DNA of 32,520 bases from the NCBI GenBank assembly GCA_016839445.1, contig JAEOUG010000008.1, forward strand, positions 1-32,520, in the 5' to 3' direction. The stretch comes from Candidatus Thorarchaeota archaeon (GTDB taxonomy: Archaea; Asgardarchaeota; Thorarchaeia; Thorarchaeales; Thorarchaeaceae). Positions within the stretch are counted from its first letter, which is position 1. Every line of letters begins with the position of its first letter. The notes beneath the pieces are model-generated. The model had not been told where the DNA came from. It did no database searches and worked only from the letters and a program-made list of their open reading frames with translations. A program made the translations under genes and the position numbers. Shown here one piece after another: positions 1-8,264 of this stretch.

Positions 1-186
1 AAGAAAGACTTCGAGGAAGCGAAGAAGGAACTGCAGAAGGCTGAGAAGCGACGCGACAAAGAGGTCTCCAATGCAGAGAATCGAATCAAGTCGAATGAGA
101 AGAAGACGAAAAAGGCTCAGGATGCACGGGCGAAGCGGCTCCGGGAGTTGGAGAAGGAACGGCTCAAGCGTGAGTCAGAGTCATAA
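1..186 (+). CDS. 3' end of a CDS entering from the left edge; highly charged coiled-coil C-terminus
   Basis: Frame 1 is open from base 1 to TAA at 184-186 and reads KKDFEEAKKELQKAEKRRDKEVSNAENRIKSNEKKTKKAQDARAKRLRELEKERLKRESES*. It is E/K/R-rich and helical. It is absent from the ORF track because the start lies outside the window. Confidence 0.8.
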   Translation, partial: KKDFEEAKKELQKAEKRRDKEVSNAENRIKSNEKKTKKAQDARAKRLRELEKERLKRESES

Positions 187-349
187 CCCACGCTTCCTCA
201 CGTCTAGTGATGCCAACGAAGGGGCAGAGCCTGCGAATCCGGTCCGCCCTCTCTTCTCCTTATTCCGGGCGATAACATCTCCACAACTTCACTGAACATC
301 TGTGGAGGTAGGTGAAGAGTCATGTCTGTGTGGGTACGTCGTCCCAGTA

Positions 350-1273
350 CTAGTCGATCATCTTTCCCCACATGTTCATAGTCACGGAACGGAGAAACCC
401 TGCGGACTCCAACCATCCATTCATGTCATCAGAAATGTCGACTTCCACTGAGCAGACAAGAGATGGATTGAGTTTTCGGACTCGCCTAGCTCCCTCTGAG
501 AGAAGTGCCTCTTCCAGTCCAAGGGCCTCGACCTCCTGACGTACTCCTACCCCCTCAACTTCAGCGATCTGTGTCAAGGGGTCGAAGCGATAGAAGCAGA
601 AAGCCACAAACCTGCCATCCTCGTCTGCTGCCACCAGGTGCAGGTCATCACGGTAGAACTCGGCCTCAGCCATGAATCTCATTCTCTCCACCGTCATGTG
701 CTCACCGCAGTGCTCGAAGACCGACCCGACTACGTCGACAAAGCCGGGATAGTCCTCCTCTCCTCTGAGACCACGGATTGTGAAACCCTCGGGTGCCGGG
801 TTGCCAGGTATCAATGCATCCTTGGGCAGGGTGTAGTTGTACTCGTGAAGGCCATAGTCTTCGTAGCCCATTTCCGTAAGGGTCGTGATCCTCTCGGAAT
901 CGGGGTCAACCGTATACATGAGTATCCGGAACTGCTGTTGGTCACGAATCTCTCTCTCCAGTTTCTCAATCTCCATGAAGAGCTCTCTCTCCATGTGCTT
1001 GAGGTCAGGGCGGGTTTCAATGTGGTAGTTGCCAGCTGAGCCGCGATGTGATACAGCTAGGATATCGGATTCACTGCCCTCCAGCTGCCATATCTTGATG
1101 GCTTCATCATCTGCAGGGCTATGATCTGGTCCACAGGGGCCATGCTTCTCGTTCTCGATTTTGGTTGGAATCAAGTAGTGGAGCCCGTCTGAGGTTCTGA
1201 AAACATCAAGTAGGAATGATCTCACCTGATCAAGGTCTCTATCGAATCTGAACGGTCTTCTCCGGATGCTCAC
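350..1273 (-). CDS. GNAT-family N-acetyltransferase (tandem GNAT folds)
   Basis: 307 aa. The C-terminal GNAT shows 'FVAFCFYRFDPLTQIAEVEGVGVRQEVEALGLEEALLSEG...LESAGF' (motif A-like, degenerate R/QxxGxG). The N-terminal fold ends '...LTEMGY'. Confidence 0.75.
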   Translation of the reverse strand: MSIRRRPFRFDRDLDQVRSFLLDVFRTSDGLHYLIPTKIENEKHGPCGPDHSPADDEAIKIWQLEGSESDILAVSHRGSAGNYHIETRPDLKHMERELFMEIEKLEREIRDQQQFRILMYTVDPDSERITTLTEMGYEDYGLHEYNYTLPKDALIPGNPAPEGFTIRGLRGEEDYPGFVDVVGSVFEHCGEHMTVERMRFMAEAEFYRDDLHLVAADEDGRFVAFCFYRFDPLTQIAEVEGVGVRQEVEALGLEEALLSEGARRVRKLNPSLVCSVEVDISDDMNGWLESAGFLRSVTMNMWGKMID

Positions 1274-1309
1274 TATTTCTCACGGTTCACCTGTCCTCGT
1301 ATCGGGCAC

Positions 1310-1317
1310 ATAAGTCT
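1310..1317 (-). promoter_or_regulatory. Putative BRE/TATA element for the GNAT gene
   Basis: AGACTTAT on the minus strand 37 nt upstream of the GTG start. The same octamer occurs upstream of the genes at 3506 and 19179. Confidence 0.5.
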
Positions 1318-1395
1318 CCCCAGCGAAGCAACCGCCGTAAGAGGAGGTTTTTATGAAGCTGTTGAATGCCCAGACCAATTCGGAAGTATGACGAG

Positions 1396-2319
1396 ATGAA
1401 AGCTGTAGTCTATGAGAAGTATGGCCCTCCAAATGTGGTGGCAGTCAAGGACATTCCGACACCTGTAGCAAGGGACAACGAGGTTCTTGTCGGAATCGCA
1501 GCCACAACCGTGTCTGCAGGGGATGTCCGCATGCGAGCCTTTGATGTCCCGGGGAATGCGTTCGTGCGGTTCATGGCCCGTCTATTCTTGGGGATAAGGG
1601 GGCCGAAGAGAAAGATACTCGGCATGCAAGTAGCTGGCAGAGTCGAGGCTGCCGGGGCGAATGTGACGAAGTTTCAGGTTGGAGATGAGATCTTCGCATC
1701 CACGTTTGGCACTGGCTTTGGAGGACATGCGGAGTACAAGTGCTTCCCCGAGGATTCCATCATCTCACTGAAGCCAAGCAATGTCTCTCTAACGGAAGCG
1801 GCTACCTATCCCATTCCTGCCCTTGGAGCATTGAACGTGTTGAAGCGCGCCAACATTCAGTCGGGCCAGAAGGTCTTGATCTACGGCGCCTCGGGAGCCG
1901 TTGGCACATTCGCAGTACAGCTGGCCAAGTACTGGGGAGCTGAAGTGACAGGCGTGTGCAGCGAATCGAATTTCGAGCTTGTGAAGTCCATTGGCTGCGA
2001 TCACTTGATTGACTATCACATCTCTGACTTCACTCAGGCTGGAGAGAAATACGATGTGATCTTTGATGCTGTCGAGAAGCTGTCCCGGCGTTCAAGCAAG
2101 TCTGCACTCACGGAGAACGGAGTCTTTCTGAACATCGGCAGTCAGGGCAAGGAGGACGTCAATGAACTCACCGAACTGAAGGATATCATTGAGAAGGGGG
2201 CACTTCGTGCGGTCATTGATAGAACCTATCCATTGGACAAGATTGTCGAGGCGTATCAGTACGCCGACACCTGGCACAAGAGGGGTAATGTCGTCATAAC
2301 GATGTCATCCGCAGACTAG
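1396..2319 (+). CDS. NAD(P)-dependent medium-chain dehydrogenase/reductase (zinc-independent, quinone-oxidoreductase-like), copy 1
   Basis: Contains MKAVVYEKYGPP, 'ILGMQVAGRVEAAG...FQVGDEI', the Rossmann motif 'IYGASGAVG' and 'VIDRTYPL...HKRGNVVI'. The ATG at 1396 is preferred over 1366 because it matches the family N-terminus. Confidence 0.9.
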   Translation: MKAVVYEKYGPPNVVAVKDIPTPVARDNEVLVGIAATTVSAGDVRMRAFDVPGNAFVRFMARLFLGIRGPKRKILGMQVAGRVEAAGANVTKFQVGDEIFASTFGTGFGGHAEYKCFPEDSIISLKPSNVSLTEAATYPIPALGALNVLKRANIQSGQKVLIYGASGAVGTFAVQLAKYWGAEVTGVCSESNFELVKSIGCDHLIDYHISDFTQAGEKYDVIFDAVEKLSRRSSKSALTENGVFLNIGSQGKEDVNELTELKDIIEKGALRAVIDRTYPLDKIVEAYQYADTWHKRGNVVITMSSAD

Positions 2320-2334
2320 AGAGAGGACTTAATC

Positions 2335-3339
2335 ATGAGGAGAGTGGCGTGGACAAGGTATGGGCCCCCTGAGGTTCTTGAGCTAACCGAAGTTGAAAAG
2401 CCTAGGCCGACGGATGATGAGATTCTCATCAGAATTCACGCAACAACCGTCACTGCTGGGGACTGCGAACAGCGTGAGCTGAGACTGCCTTTCCTCTTCA
2501 AGTTCGTGATGAGAGCCTACATCGGAATCAGAAGACCATCCAGAATCACAACACTGGGAATGGAGCTTGCCGGCGAGGTTGAGGAGGTCGGAGCAAGTGT
2601 GACTTCATTCAAGAAGGGTGATCAAGTCTACGCGGCCACCGGTCTGACACATATGGGAACCTATGCCGACTACATCTGCTTGCCTGGGAACTCTGACGAT
2701 GTGGTTATTGCGAAGAAGCCAGCAAGCATCTCCTTTGCTGAAGCAGCCCCAGTTCCTGTGGGAGGGATGGACGCCCTATACTATCTCCGGCAGGGAGAAG
2801 TGAAGGAAGGCGACAGGATTATCATCAATGGAGCGGGCGGCACCATTGGCTGCTATGCTGTGCAGCTCGCCAAGCACTTCGGGGCACACGTGACCGCCAT
2901 CGATAGCTCAGACAAACTGGAGCTGCTGCGATCGATAGGAGCGGATGTGGCCTTGGACTACTCCAAGGAGGACTTCACCAAGAGAGACGAGTCCTACCAC
3001 TTCATCCTTGATTTGCCAAGCAAGGCCCCCTTCTCAGCTGCTATTCAGACTCTTGCCCCCGCTGGGACATACATCTTCACCAGCGGCAGTCTCACCACGT
3101 CGCTTCGCGGACGCTGGGTTTCACTAAGAAGTGACAAGAGAGTCCTCGGGGGCGCCACATGGCCCAAGAAGGAGGATCTGGAGTACTTGGGCGACCTCCT
3201 TGAGGCCGGCAGTATCAAGACCGTCGTGGATCGAGTCTATCCTCTAGAAGACGTCATTGAGGCACAGCGGCATGTAGAGAGTGGAGCGAAGAAGGGCAAC
3301 GTAGTCCTCAGTCTGGTCGATGAAGGCCAAGGCAAATGA
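2335..3339 (+). CDS. NAD(P)-dependent medium-chain dehydrogenase/reductase, copy 2
   Basis: Contains 'YGPPEVL', 'LGMELAGEVEEVG', 'INGAGGTIG' and 'VVDRVYPL...KKGNVVL'. It starts 15 nt after copy 1, with GAGAGGA upstream. Confidence 0.9.
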   Translation: MRRVAWTRYGPPEVLELTEVEKPRPTDDEILIRIHATTVTAGDCEQRELRLPFLFKFVMRAYIGIRRPSRITTLGMELAGEVEEVGASVTSFKKGDQVYAATGLTHMGTYADYICLPGNSDDVVIAKKPASISFAEAAPVPVGGMDALYYLRQGEVKEGDRIIINGAGGTIGCYAVQLAKHFGAHVTAIDSSDKLELLRSIGADVALDYSKEDFTKRDESYHFILDLPSKAPFSAAIQTLAPAGTYIFTSGSLTTSLRGRWVSLRSDKRVLGGATWPKKEDLEYLGDLLEAGSIKTVVDRVYPLEDVIEAQRHVESGAKKGNVVLSLVDEGQGK

Positions 3340-3431
3340 GATGCGAGCAATCTGGAGGCTAGAACGGCCACACGCAATCAGTCCTTCTAGGAGTGGCCTT
3401 TCTGACCTGCGGCACTCGTAGGATGGTGGGA

Positions 3432-3483
3432 AGACTTATACATCGCGTTGCGGGGCAAGAACGGATGGTTACAGGATGTAACC
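3432..3483 (+). promoter_or_regulatory. TATA-like box (AGACTTATA) followed by a perfect 7-3-7 inverted repeat GGTTACA-GGA-TGTAACC
   Basis: The TATA-like box is at 3432-3440 and the palindrome at 3467-3483, at or just after the expected transcription start of the DUF4386 cluster. Confidence 0.55.
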
Positions 3484-3505
3484 CTCACTCTGAGAGAGAG
3501 TTCGC

Positions 3506-4186
3506 ATGGACACTGATAACAGAAACGCAAGAATCGCAGGAATATCCTATGTAGTCAGCTACGTGGGGCTGATACTGGGTGCGCTAGTCGCAGGATCAAT
3601 TCTCGAAGGGGACTATCTCGCTCTTGCCTATCCCAATGCAATACAGCTTGGCTTTGGCATGATCCTTGAGTCCCTAAACGGCATTGCAGTCATTGGCATT
3701 GCAGTGATGCTGTACCCAATCTTGAAGCGCTACAATGAGGGTGTTGCCTTGGCATACCTTGGTTTCAGGGGTGTTGAAGGACTTCTCTCGATTCTGGGTA
3801 GCACAAAGGCCCTGTCCCTCATCGACTTGAGTCGGGAGTATCTAGACGCAGGTATGGTGGGCGACTATTTCGGAACTCTTGGAGAAGTCATACTTGCAGG
3901 TAGGCATTGGTACATGGAGATGCTGACTGTATTCTTCATCCTTGGAGGACTGATATTCTACTTCATTCTGTATCGCACAGACCTGGTGCCCCGTTACGTT
4001 TCTCTCTGGGGCCTCGTTGCAGTCCTCATGCTCACCGTGATGAATGTCCTGATATACACAGGCATCAACATCGGCGCACTTGGAGCCATCTTTGCTCTGC
4101 CAATCATCGCCAACGAGATATTCGTGGCTGTCTGGTTGATGTTCAGAGGGGTCGACACTTCCGGCCTCTCCGCCCATGAAGAGTGA
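3506..4186 (+). CDS. DUF4386-family membrane protein
   Basis: 226 aa with about 6 TM helices. Family-typical motifs are 'ARIAG', 'YPILKRYNEGVALAYLGFRGVEG', 'LVPRYVSLWG' and 'NEIFVAVWLMFRG'. Confidence 0.8.
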   Translation: MDTDNRNARIAGISYVVSYVGLILGALVAGSILEGDYLALAYPNAIQLGFGMILESLNGIAVIGIAVMLYPILKRYNEGVALAYLGFRGVEGLLSILGSTKALSLIDLSREYLDAGMVGDYFGTLGEVILAGRHWYMEMLTVFFILGGLIFYFILYRTDLVPRYVSLWGLVAVLMLTVMNVLIYTGINIGALGAIFALPIIANEIFVAVWLMFRGVDTSGLSAHEE

Positions 4187-4201
4187 CTGTGTTGTAAGGA
4201 A

Positions 4202-4615
4202 GTGAAGGAAATGGACACACCCGATAGTCAGGCATCGTTGGGTCTCACAAGAGCTACGATTGCATTGGTTGTGATTCAAATCTTTCGCCTCCTTTTCGGA
4301 GGGTATCTAGTCGGACTGGATCAGTTCCACTACAACGACTTGGAGAGTGCCTTCACCGTCTTCATGATTTATGGCATCATAGGTCTACTCACTGCACTTC
4401 TCCTATTGGGCAAGAAGAGAGTTGCACTTGGCGGACTGATTGTGTTGTCAATCGTCCTCCTCCTTATGGAATCTGTCTACATGGCTGTGTACTTCTCTCA
4501 AGCGATTCCTAATCCGAGTCTGCACGACCCCACTGCCATATGGTGGGCTACCGTCGCAAACTACATTTTCCCGCTGCTAACTCTTGTGCTGGCAATCGAG
4601 GAATTCAGAGGGTGA
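4202..4615 (+). CDS. Hypothetical 4-TM membrane protein
   Basis: 137 aa with four hydrophobic segments, co-oriented and closely spaced between the two DUF4386 genes. Confidence 0.7.
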   Translation: MKEMDTPDSQASLGLTRATIALVVIQIFRLLFGGYLVGLDQFHYNDLESAFTVFMIYGIIGLLTALLLLGKKRVALGGLIVLSIVLLLMESVYMAVYFSQAIPNPSLHDPTAIWWATVANYIFPLLTLVLAIEEFRG

Positions 4616-4658
4616 GAAGGAAGGGAGTTGCGGCGAGCGATAGTGAGAGGATGATTCT

Positions 4659-5321
4659 ATGTTTGAGGAGATATCTGGACTTCTGTTCCTATTCATCATA
4701 GTCACGCTAAACGTTGCGAGCCAGAAGTACGACTATGATGTGTTTAGTGAGTTGGATGCTGAGGCCAAACTTCAGTGGATTAATGAGAACCCAAGCCGGT
4801 TTCGAACCGGCGTATCGCTTCTGATGGCTGAGCATGCTGCCATCGTCTTGCTCGCTATTACGTTGTTCATTGCCTTCAGCTCATACAACATTCTGCTTGG
4901 CACTGTCTGGCTACTCAGCCGATCAGTGGAAGGCTTGATTCAAACCAGAAACAAAAGGAACTACTTGGGTCTCGTCAGCGTGGCAGAGGAATACGCAACC
5001 ACAACTGGTTCGGAAAGAGGGCGACTAGAAGATCTGACTCGCTCAATTCTTGAATCGAAGAACTCGACCTTCGCAGTGGCGCAGATCCTATTCTCCATCG
5101 GTACGTTGGCGTATTCTCTCTTGTTCTTAGTCTACGGAGTGATGCCGCAGATTATTGGATGGTTTGGTGGTGCCGCTAGTATCACCTATCTGCTAGGCAG
5201 TGGTTACTATCTAGTGAGGCCTGGCTCGAAGGCGCTTTGGGGATTGGGAGGTCTTCTCATATTCATATTCGAGCTAGTACTGGGCGGATGGCTGCTACTT
5301 TCCCCGATTCTAGTTCCCTAG
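4659..5321 (+). CDS. DUF4386-family membrane protein (divergent second copy)
   Basis: 'LLSRSVEG', 'MPQIIGWFG' and 'FELVLGGWLL' parallel the motifs of the first copy. A GAGAGGA site lies upstream. Confidence 0.7.
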   Translation: MFEEISGLLFLFIIVTLNVASQKYDYDVFSELDAEAKLQWINENPSRFRTGVSLLMAEHAAIVLLAITLFIAFSSYNILLGTVWLLSRSVEGLIQTRNKRNYLGLVSVAEEYATTTGSERGRLEDLTRSILESKNSTFAVAQILFSIGTLAYSLLFLVYGVMPQIIGWFGGAASITYLLGSGYYLVRPGSKALWGLGGLLIFIFELVLGGWLLLSPILVP

Positions 5322-5477
5322 ATGCAATGGGCAAGAAGTCATGCCAGGAGTTCTACTGAATCCCTGAAGATCAGGTGTGGTGAACCAATGCTCGCGAAAG
5401 GAGGCTCGATGCAGTTCTTTGGCTGATTGCCGATTGACCTAGCCAGAGTTTATCTTCTGTCAGTTTTGGTGTAATGT

Positions 5478-5678
5478 ATGCAGATATCGTGTGAGAGCTG
5501 TAATTCTGAGCGTTGGTCGCTTGTCATCCATGAACTGAATGCTGGAATGGGGACCGTGATATACTCCGCTCTGAAGTGTGAAAACTGTGGCATGGTGTAT
5601 CCTCTCCAGGAGCTGGCAAAAGGCAGGGGTATGAGCGTTAGCAAAGAAGCCATTGTGAGGATGCTAAAGCAGACCTAG
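5478..5678 (+). CDS. Small zinc-ribbon protein (CxxC-x25-CxxC), leaderless
   Basis: 66 aa with CESC and CENCG. A TATA-like AGAGTTTAT at 5445-5453 lies 25 nt upstream of the ATG. Confidence 0.75.
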   Translation: MQISCESCNSERWSLVIHELNAGMGTVIYSALKCENCGMVYPLQELAKGRGMSVSKEAIVRMLKQT

Positions 5679-5688
5679 CGGCATTGGT

Positions 5689-5952
5689 GTGATGCCACGA
5701 AAGAGAGTACTCCAGAACCAGTCAGGATACGCAATCGATGGGTACAAGGTAGGGGATTGGCTGACCAGGAACCCATTCACGCCAGACGTTGACGGGCTGA
5801 CATAATATCGCTTCTACATGATGAATCTGGAGAACATCACTCTCATATCGCCAGGAGTAGACATGGGATTGGTCGGAGTGGGCGTAGTTGGGTTCGGAGG
5901 CGCACTGGTTCTCGTTGTCACAGCAGTCTCCAGGAGGAGGTCTAGGACTTAG
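5689..5952 (+). pseudogene. Probable remnant of a C-terminally membrane-anchored protein with an internal stop
   Basis: Frame 1 reads VMPRKRVLQNQSGYAIDGYKVGDWLTRNPFTPDVDGLT*YRFYMMNLENITLISPGVDMGLVGVGVVGFGGALVLVVTAVSRRRSRT*. The internal TAA is at 5803-5805, and it ends in a TM segment plus basic tail like the other surface proteins here. Confidence 0.45.
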
Positions 5953-6034
5953 GGGGCGAGGAGTGCACTCCCCTGTCTAGACGGCTTGCTTCGATAGTCT
6001 TTTCCAGAACTGAACACTAGTCCTCAAGATAGAA

Positions 6035-6655
6035 ATGGCGGATGCGATTCTCTACAGGCTCCTCTTCATAGCGGTCTACCTTCTCTTCTTCAGCGTTCGA
6101 GGCTACTATCGCTTCGTCAAACCGCGGCGCTCCGGTCCGGAGGATGTCGAGGATAGGAAGAGGTTTGGAGTTGCAGAGGCCGCGATGTCCTTTGCCATCT
6201 TGGGGTACTTCGCGTCAGTGATTCTCTACCTTCTTGGCCTCTCGTTCTTCTCTTGGTCACAGATTGCTGCCTATCCAGATCTCCTTCGTTGGACAGGGGT
6301 CGCTCTTGCGCTGGCCAATGTCCCACTGCTAGGCTGGATTCACAGCACTCTTGACAGACAGTACTCGGCCTGTCTGCAGATAAAGGAGGGGCACATGCTC
6401 ATTCAGAGTGGTCCGTATGCAAAGGTCCGTCACCCGATGTACACCGTTCTCAATGGCTTCTCACTCGGCGTATCGTTGCTCACCGCAAACATAGTGGTCA
6501 TCGGTTTCGCAGTCTTGGTGCTTCTACCATTTCCCTTTGTGGCTAGGAAAGAAGAGAAGATGATGCTTGAGACCTTTGGCGATGAATACGCTCGCTACAT
6601 GGATGAAACTGGTCGGTTCTTTCCTCCACTGAGAAAATCTGACCCCTCTGCCTAG
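6035..6655 (+). CDS. Isoprenylcysteine carboxylmethyltransferase (ICMT/Ste14/PEMT)-family membrane methyltransferase
   Basis: Family signature 'HMLIQSGPYAKVRHPMY' and 'EEKMMLETFGDEYARYMDETGRFFP'. Confidence 0.9.
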   Translation: MADAILYRLLFIAVYLLFFSVRGYYRFVKPRRSGPEDVEDRKRFGVAEAAMSFAILGYFASVILYLLGLSFFSWSQIAAYPDLLRWTGVALALANVPLLGWIHSTLDRQYSACLQIKEGHMLIQSGPYAKVRHPMYTVLNGFSLGVSLLTANIVVIGFAVLVLLPFPFVARKEEKMMLETFGDEYARYMDETGRFFPPLRKSDPSA

Positions 6656-6664
6656 CACATTGCT

Positions 6665-7327
6665 CTAGAGTAGATTCGATGGAATCCGAACCGCATGTGT
6701 GCACTGGTCGTTTCCTTTCAGAATTGATTCGTGCAACCAGACCTCAACAGGCTGTTCTAGGACCCCTTCCCACAGCTGTTTCACCCAGCCTCCTGAACAG
6801 CAGCAGAAGGTCGGCGAGATCTTCTCCCGAGAGTTCTTCACCAGACCGCAGTGGCAGTATGCAAGACGTCTCTCCTCATCGGTTGTTGCAGCTTCGTACT
6901 TCCTTGGGCTATAGGGTACCTTCGTGATGTAGATGACATTGCCTTCTCTGGCAGGATAGTCATAGAATGACCCGCCGCCCCAAGATGTATCGCTGCGCAT
7001 CAGCTCAATCAGCTTGTCGATACTCCCCAGCCGCTTGAGTTCGGCCCGCATCTCCTGAATCCTCTTCTTCGGATATGAATGAGGACACGTGTCAATCATC
7101 ACCAGATTCCTGGTCTCCTCGCTGCAGGTCGTGTCGAGCTTCTCCATTGCTGAGCTTATCCAGCGCGCACGATCCTCTCTGGCACGTCTTCCTGAACCCT
7201 CTGGAAGGTCTTTCCAGCCCGTTGCCACGGCCTCTTCGGTATGGGAGTCTGTGTGCCGCCGCAGACTTGCGGCAAACCGTTCAAACCATTTCATCGTCAT
7301 TTCCTTCGTGGTTACTCGGCGTGCCAT
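6665..7327 (-). CDS. DUF6144-like Cys-rich soluble protein
   Basis: 220 aa with 'AYCHCGLV', 'ISPTFCCCSGGWVKQLWEGVLEQPVEV..ESILKGNDQC'. This pattern is typical of DUF6144 and V4R-like folds. Confidence 0.65.
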   Translation of the reverse strand: MARRVTTKEMTMKWFERFAASLRRHTDSHTEEAVATGWKDLPEGSGRRAREDRARWISSAMEKLDTTCSEETRNLVMIDTCPHSYPKKRIQEMRAELKRLGSIDKLIELMRSDTSWGGGSFYDYPAREGNVIYITKVPYSPRKYEAATTDEERRLAYCHCGLVKNSREKISPTFCCCSGGWVKQLWEGVLEQPVEVWLHESILKGNDQCTHAVRIPSNLL

Positions 7328-7405
7328 TGAACTCCAGGACGCAAGTCGCCTTTTTTCTTTCAGCTCGGCTTGTCCGAGCCTGGTCAGAATGCTTGGCCTC
7401 TAATC

Positions 7406-8128
7406 CTACCTTGGCCGATAGATCTCTGTTGGCGGGGTGGTTTCAAGTACAGTCTGGTTATCGGTACTCCATGATTCGATAGTCGCCGCCCAGCTAGGTG
7501 CTGCTTCTCCTCGGTGCCTCAGATAGACAGTCACCCAGTCATGAGGTGCAATCATCACGTGCCAAGAGACCTCCATCTCCCATTCGGCTGACTTGAAGAG
7601 ATGATGCCCTACAATCAGGATTCCGGCGCAGTTGTAGATGGGTGTCCACACCGTAGCGTTGTCAATGCCGAACTCAGCATGATTAGCAGCGAGGAAATCT
7701 ATGAAGACGTCCCGCCTCTCGATGACCTCCTCGAGTTCTTCAAAGGTCCAGTTGAGCACGCACAGGAATGCAGTATCGTGAGCGGCAACACCATCTGAGG
7801 AGAATGTCACTTCTATCTCTATGCAAGACTCGACGTGGCTCTCATTTGGGTAGACGAACACCTCGAGCAGGGGTGTGTCGGGCCAGTATGTGTAGTCTGT
7901 ATCAACAGATGCATTAGTCTCTATGGCAACCTCGTAGGTGACGATGTCTCTTGAGGCTTCGATTTCAACCAGGAACCATCCCGTCTCTCCTGGTGTCGTG
8001 TTCGCACGTTCTGGGACAAAGCTGATAGAAACCCTCTGAGAGTTCATGAAGAGGATTACTGCCAGGCTGCTCATGCAAACAACGAGCAAGAGGGCGGATA
8101 CGACTAGAACGCGAATCGATCTGTTCAT
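7406..8128 (-). CDS. Hypothetical protein with N-terminal membrane anchor and acidic extracellular domains
   Basis: MNRSIR is followed by a hydrophobic stretch, then a beta-rich Ig-like region with several NxS/T sequons. GGGAGAG precedes the ATG at 8128; the ORF-track start 8164 is the alternative. Confidence 0.7.
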   Translation of the reverse strand: MNRSIRVLVVSALLLVVCMSSLAVILFMNSQRVSISFVPERANTTPGETGWFLVEIEASRDIVTYEVAIETNASVDTDYTYWPDTPLLEVFVYPNESHVESCIEIEVTFSSDGVAAHDTAFLCVLNWTFEELEEVIERRDVFIDFLAANHAEFGIDNATVWTPIYNCAGILIVGHHLFKSAEWEMEVSWHVMIAPHDWVTVYLRHRGEAAPSWAATIESWSTDNQTVLETTPPTEIYRPR

Positions 8129-8264
8129 GTTCTCTCCCTTTTTGATTAATTGATGAATCGTCATAAGGAGATATGGTCTCGAGCAACAATGCGAGTGCTG
8201 GCTACTCCCTGTAGGAAGGGAAATAGAGAATAGGTGGTCACACTATGCGGCGAGATGTGTGAAC

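Noticed and set aside
71-295. 74-aa Arg-rich ORF in the track
   Set aside because: It is an out-of-frame shadow of the real frame-1 coiled-coil CDS ending at 186.
204-416. 70-aa minus-strand ORF
   Set aside because: It overlaps the GNAT 3' end in another frame and has no recognisable motif.
5960-5982. Palindromes GGAGTGCACTCC and GTCTAGAC
   Set aside because: They are short and spacerless with no clear promoter context, so they could be chance.
6035-6655. ICMT as evidence of eukaryote-like CAAX processing of the small GTPase
   Set aside because: The family is widespread in prokaryotes, the GTPase-like protein has no C-terminal Cys, and no prenyltransferase is in the window.
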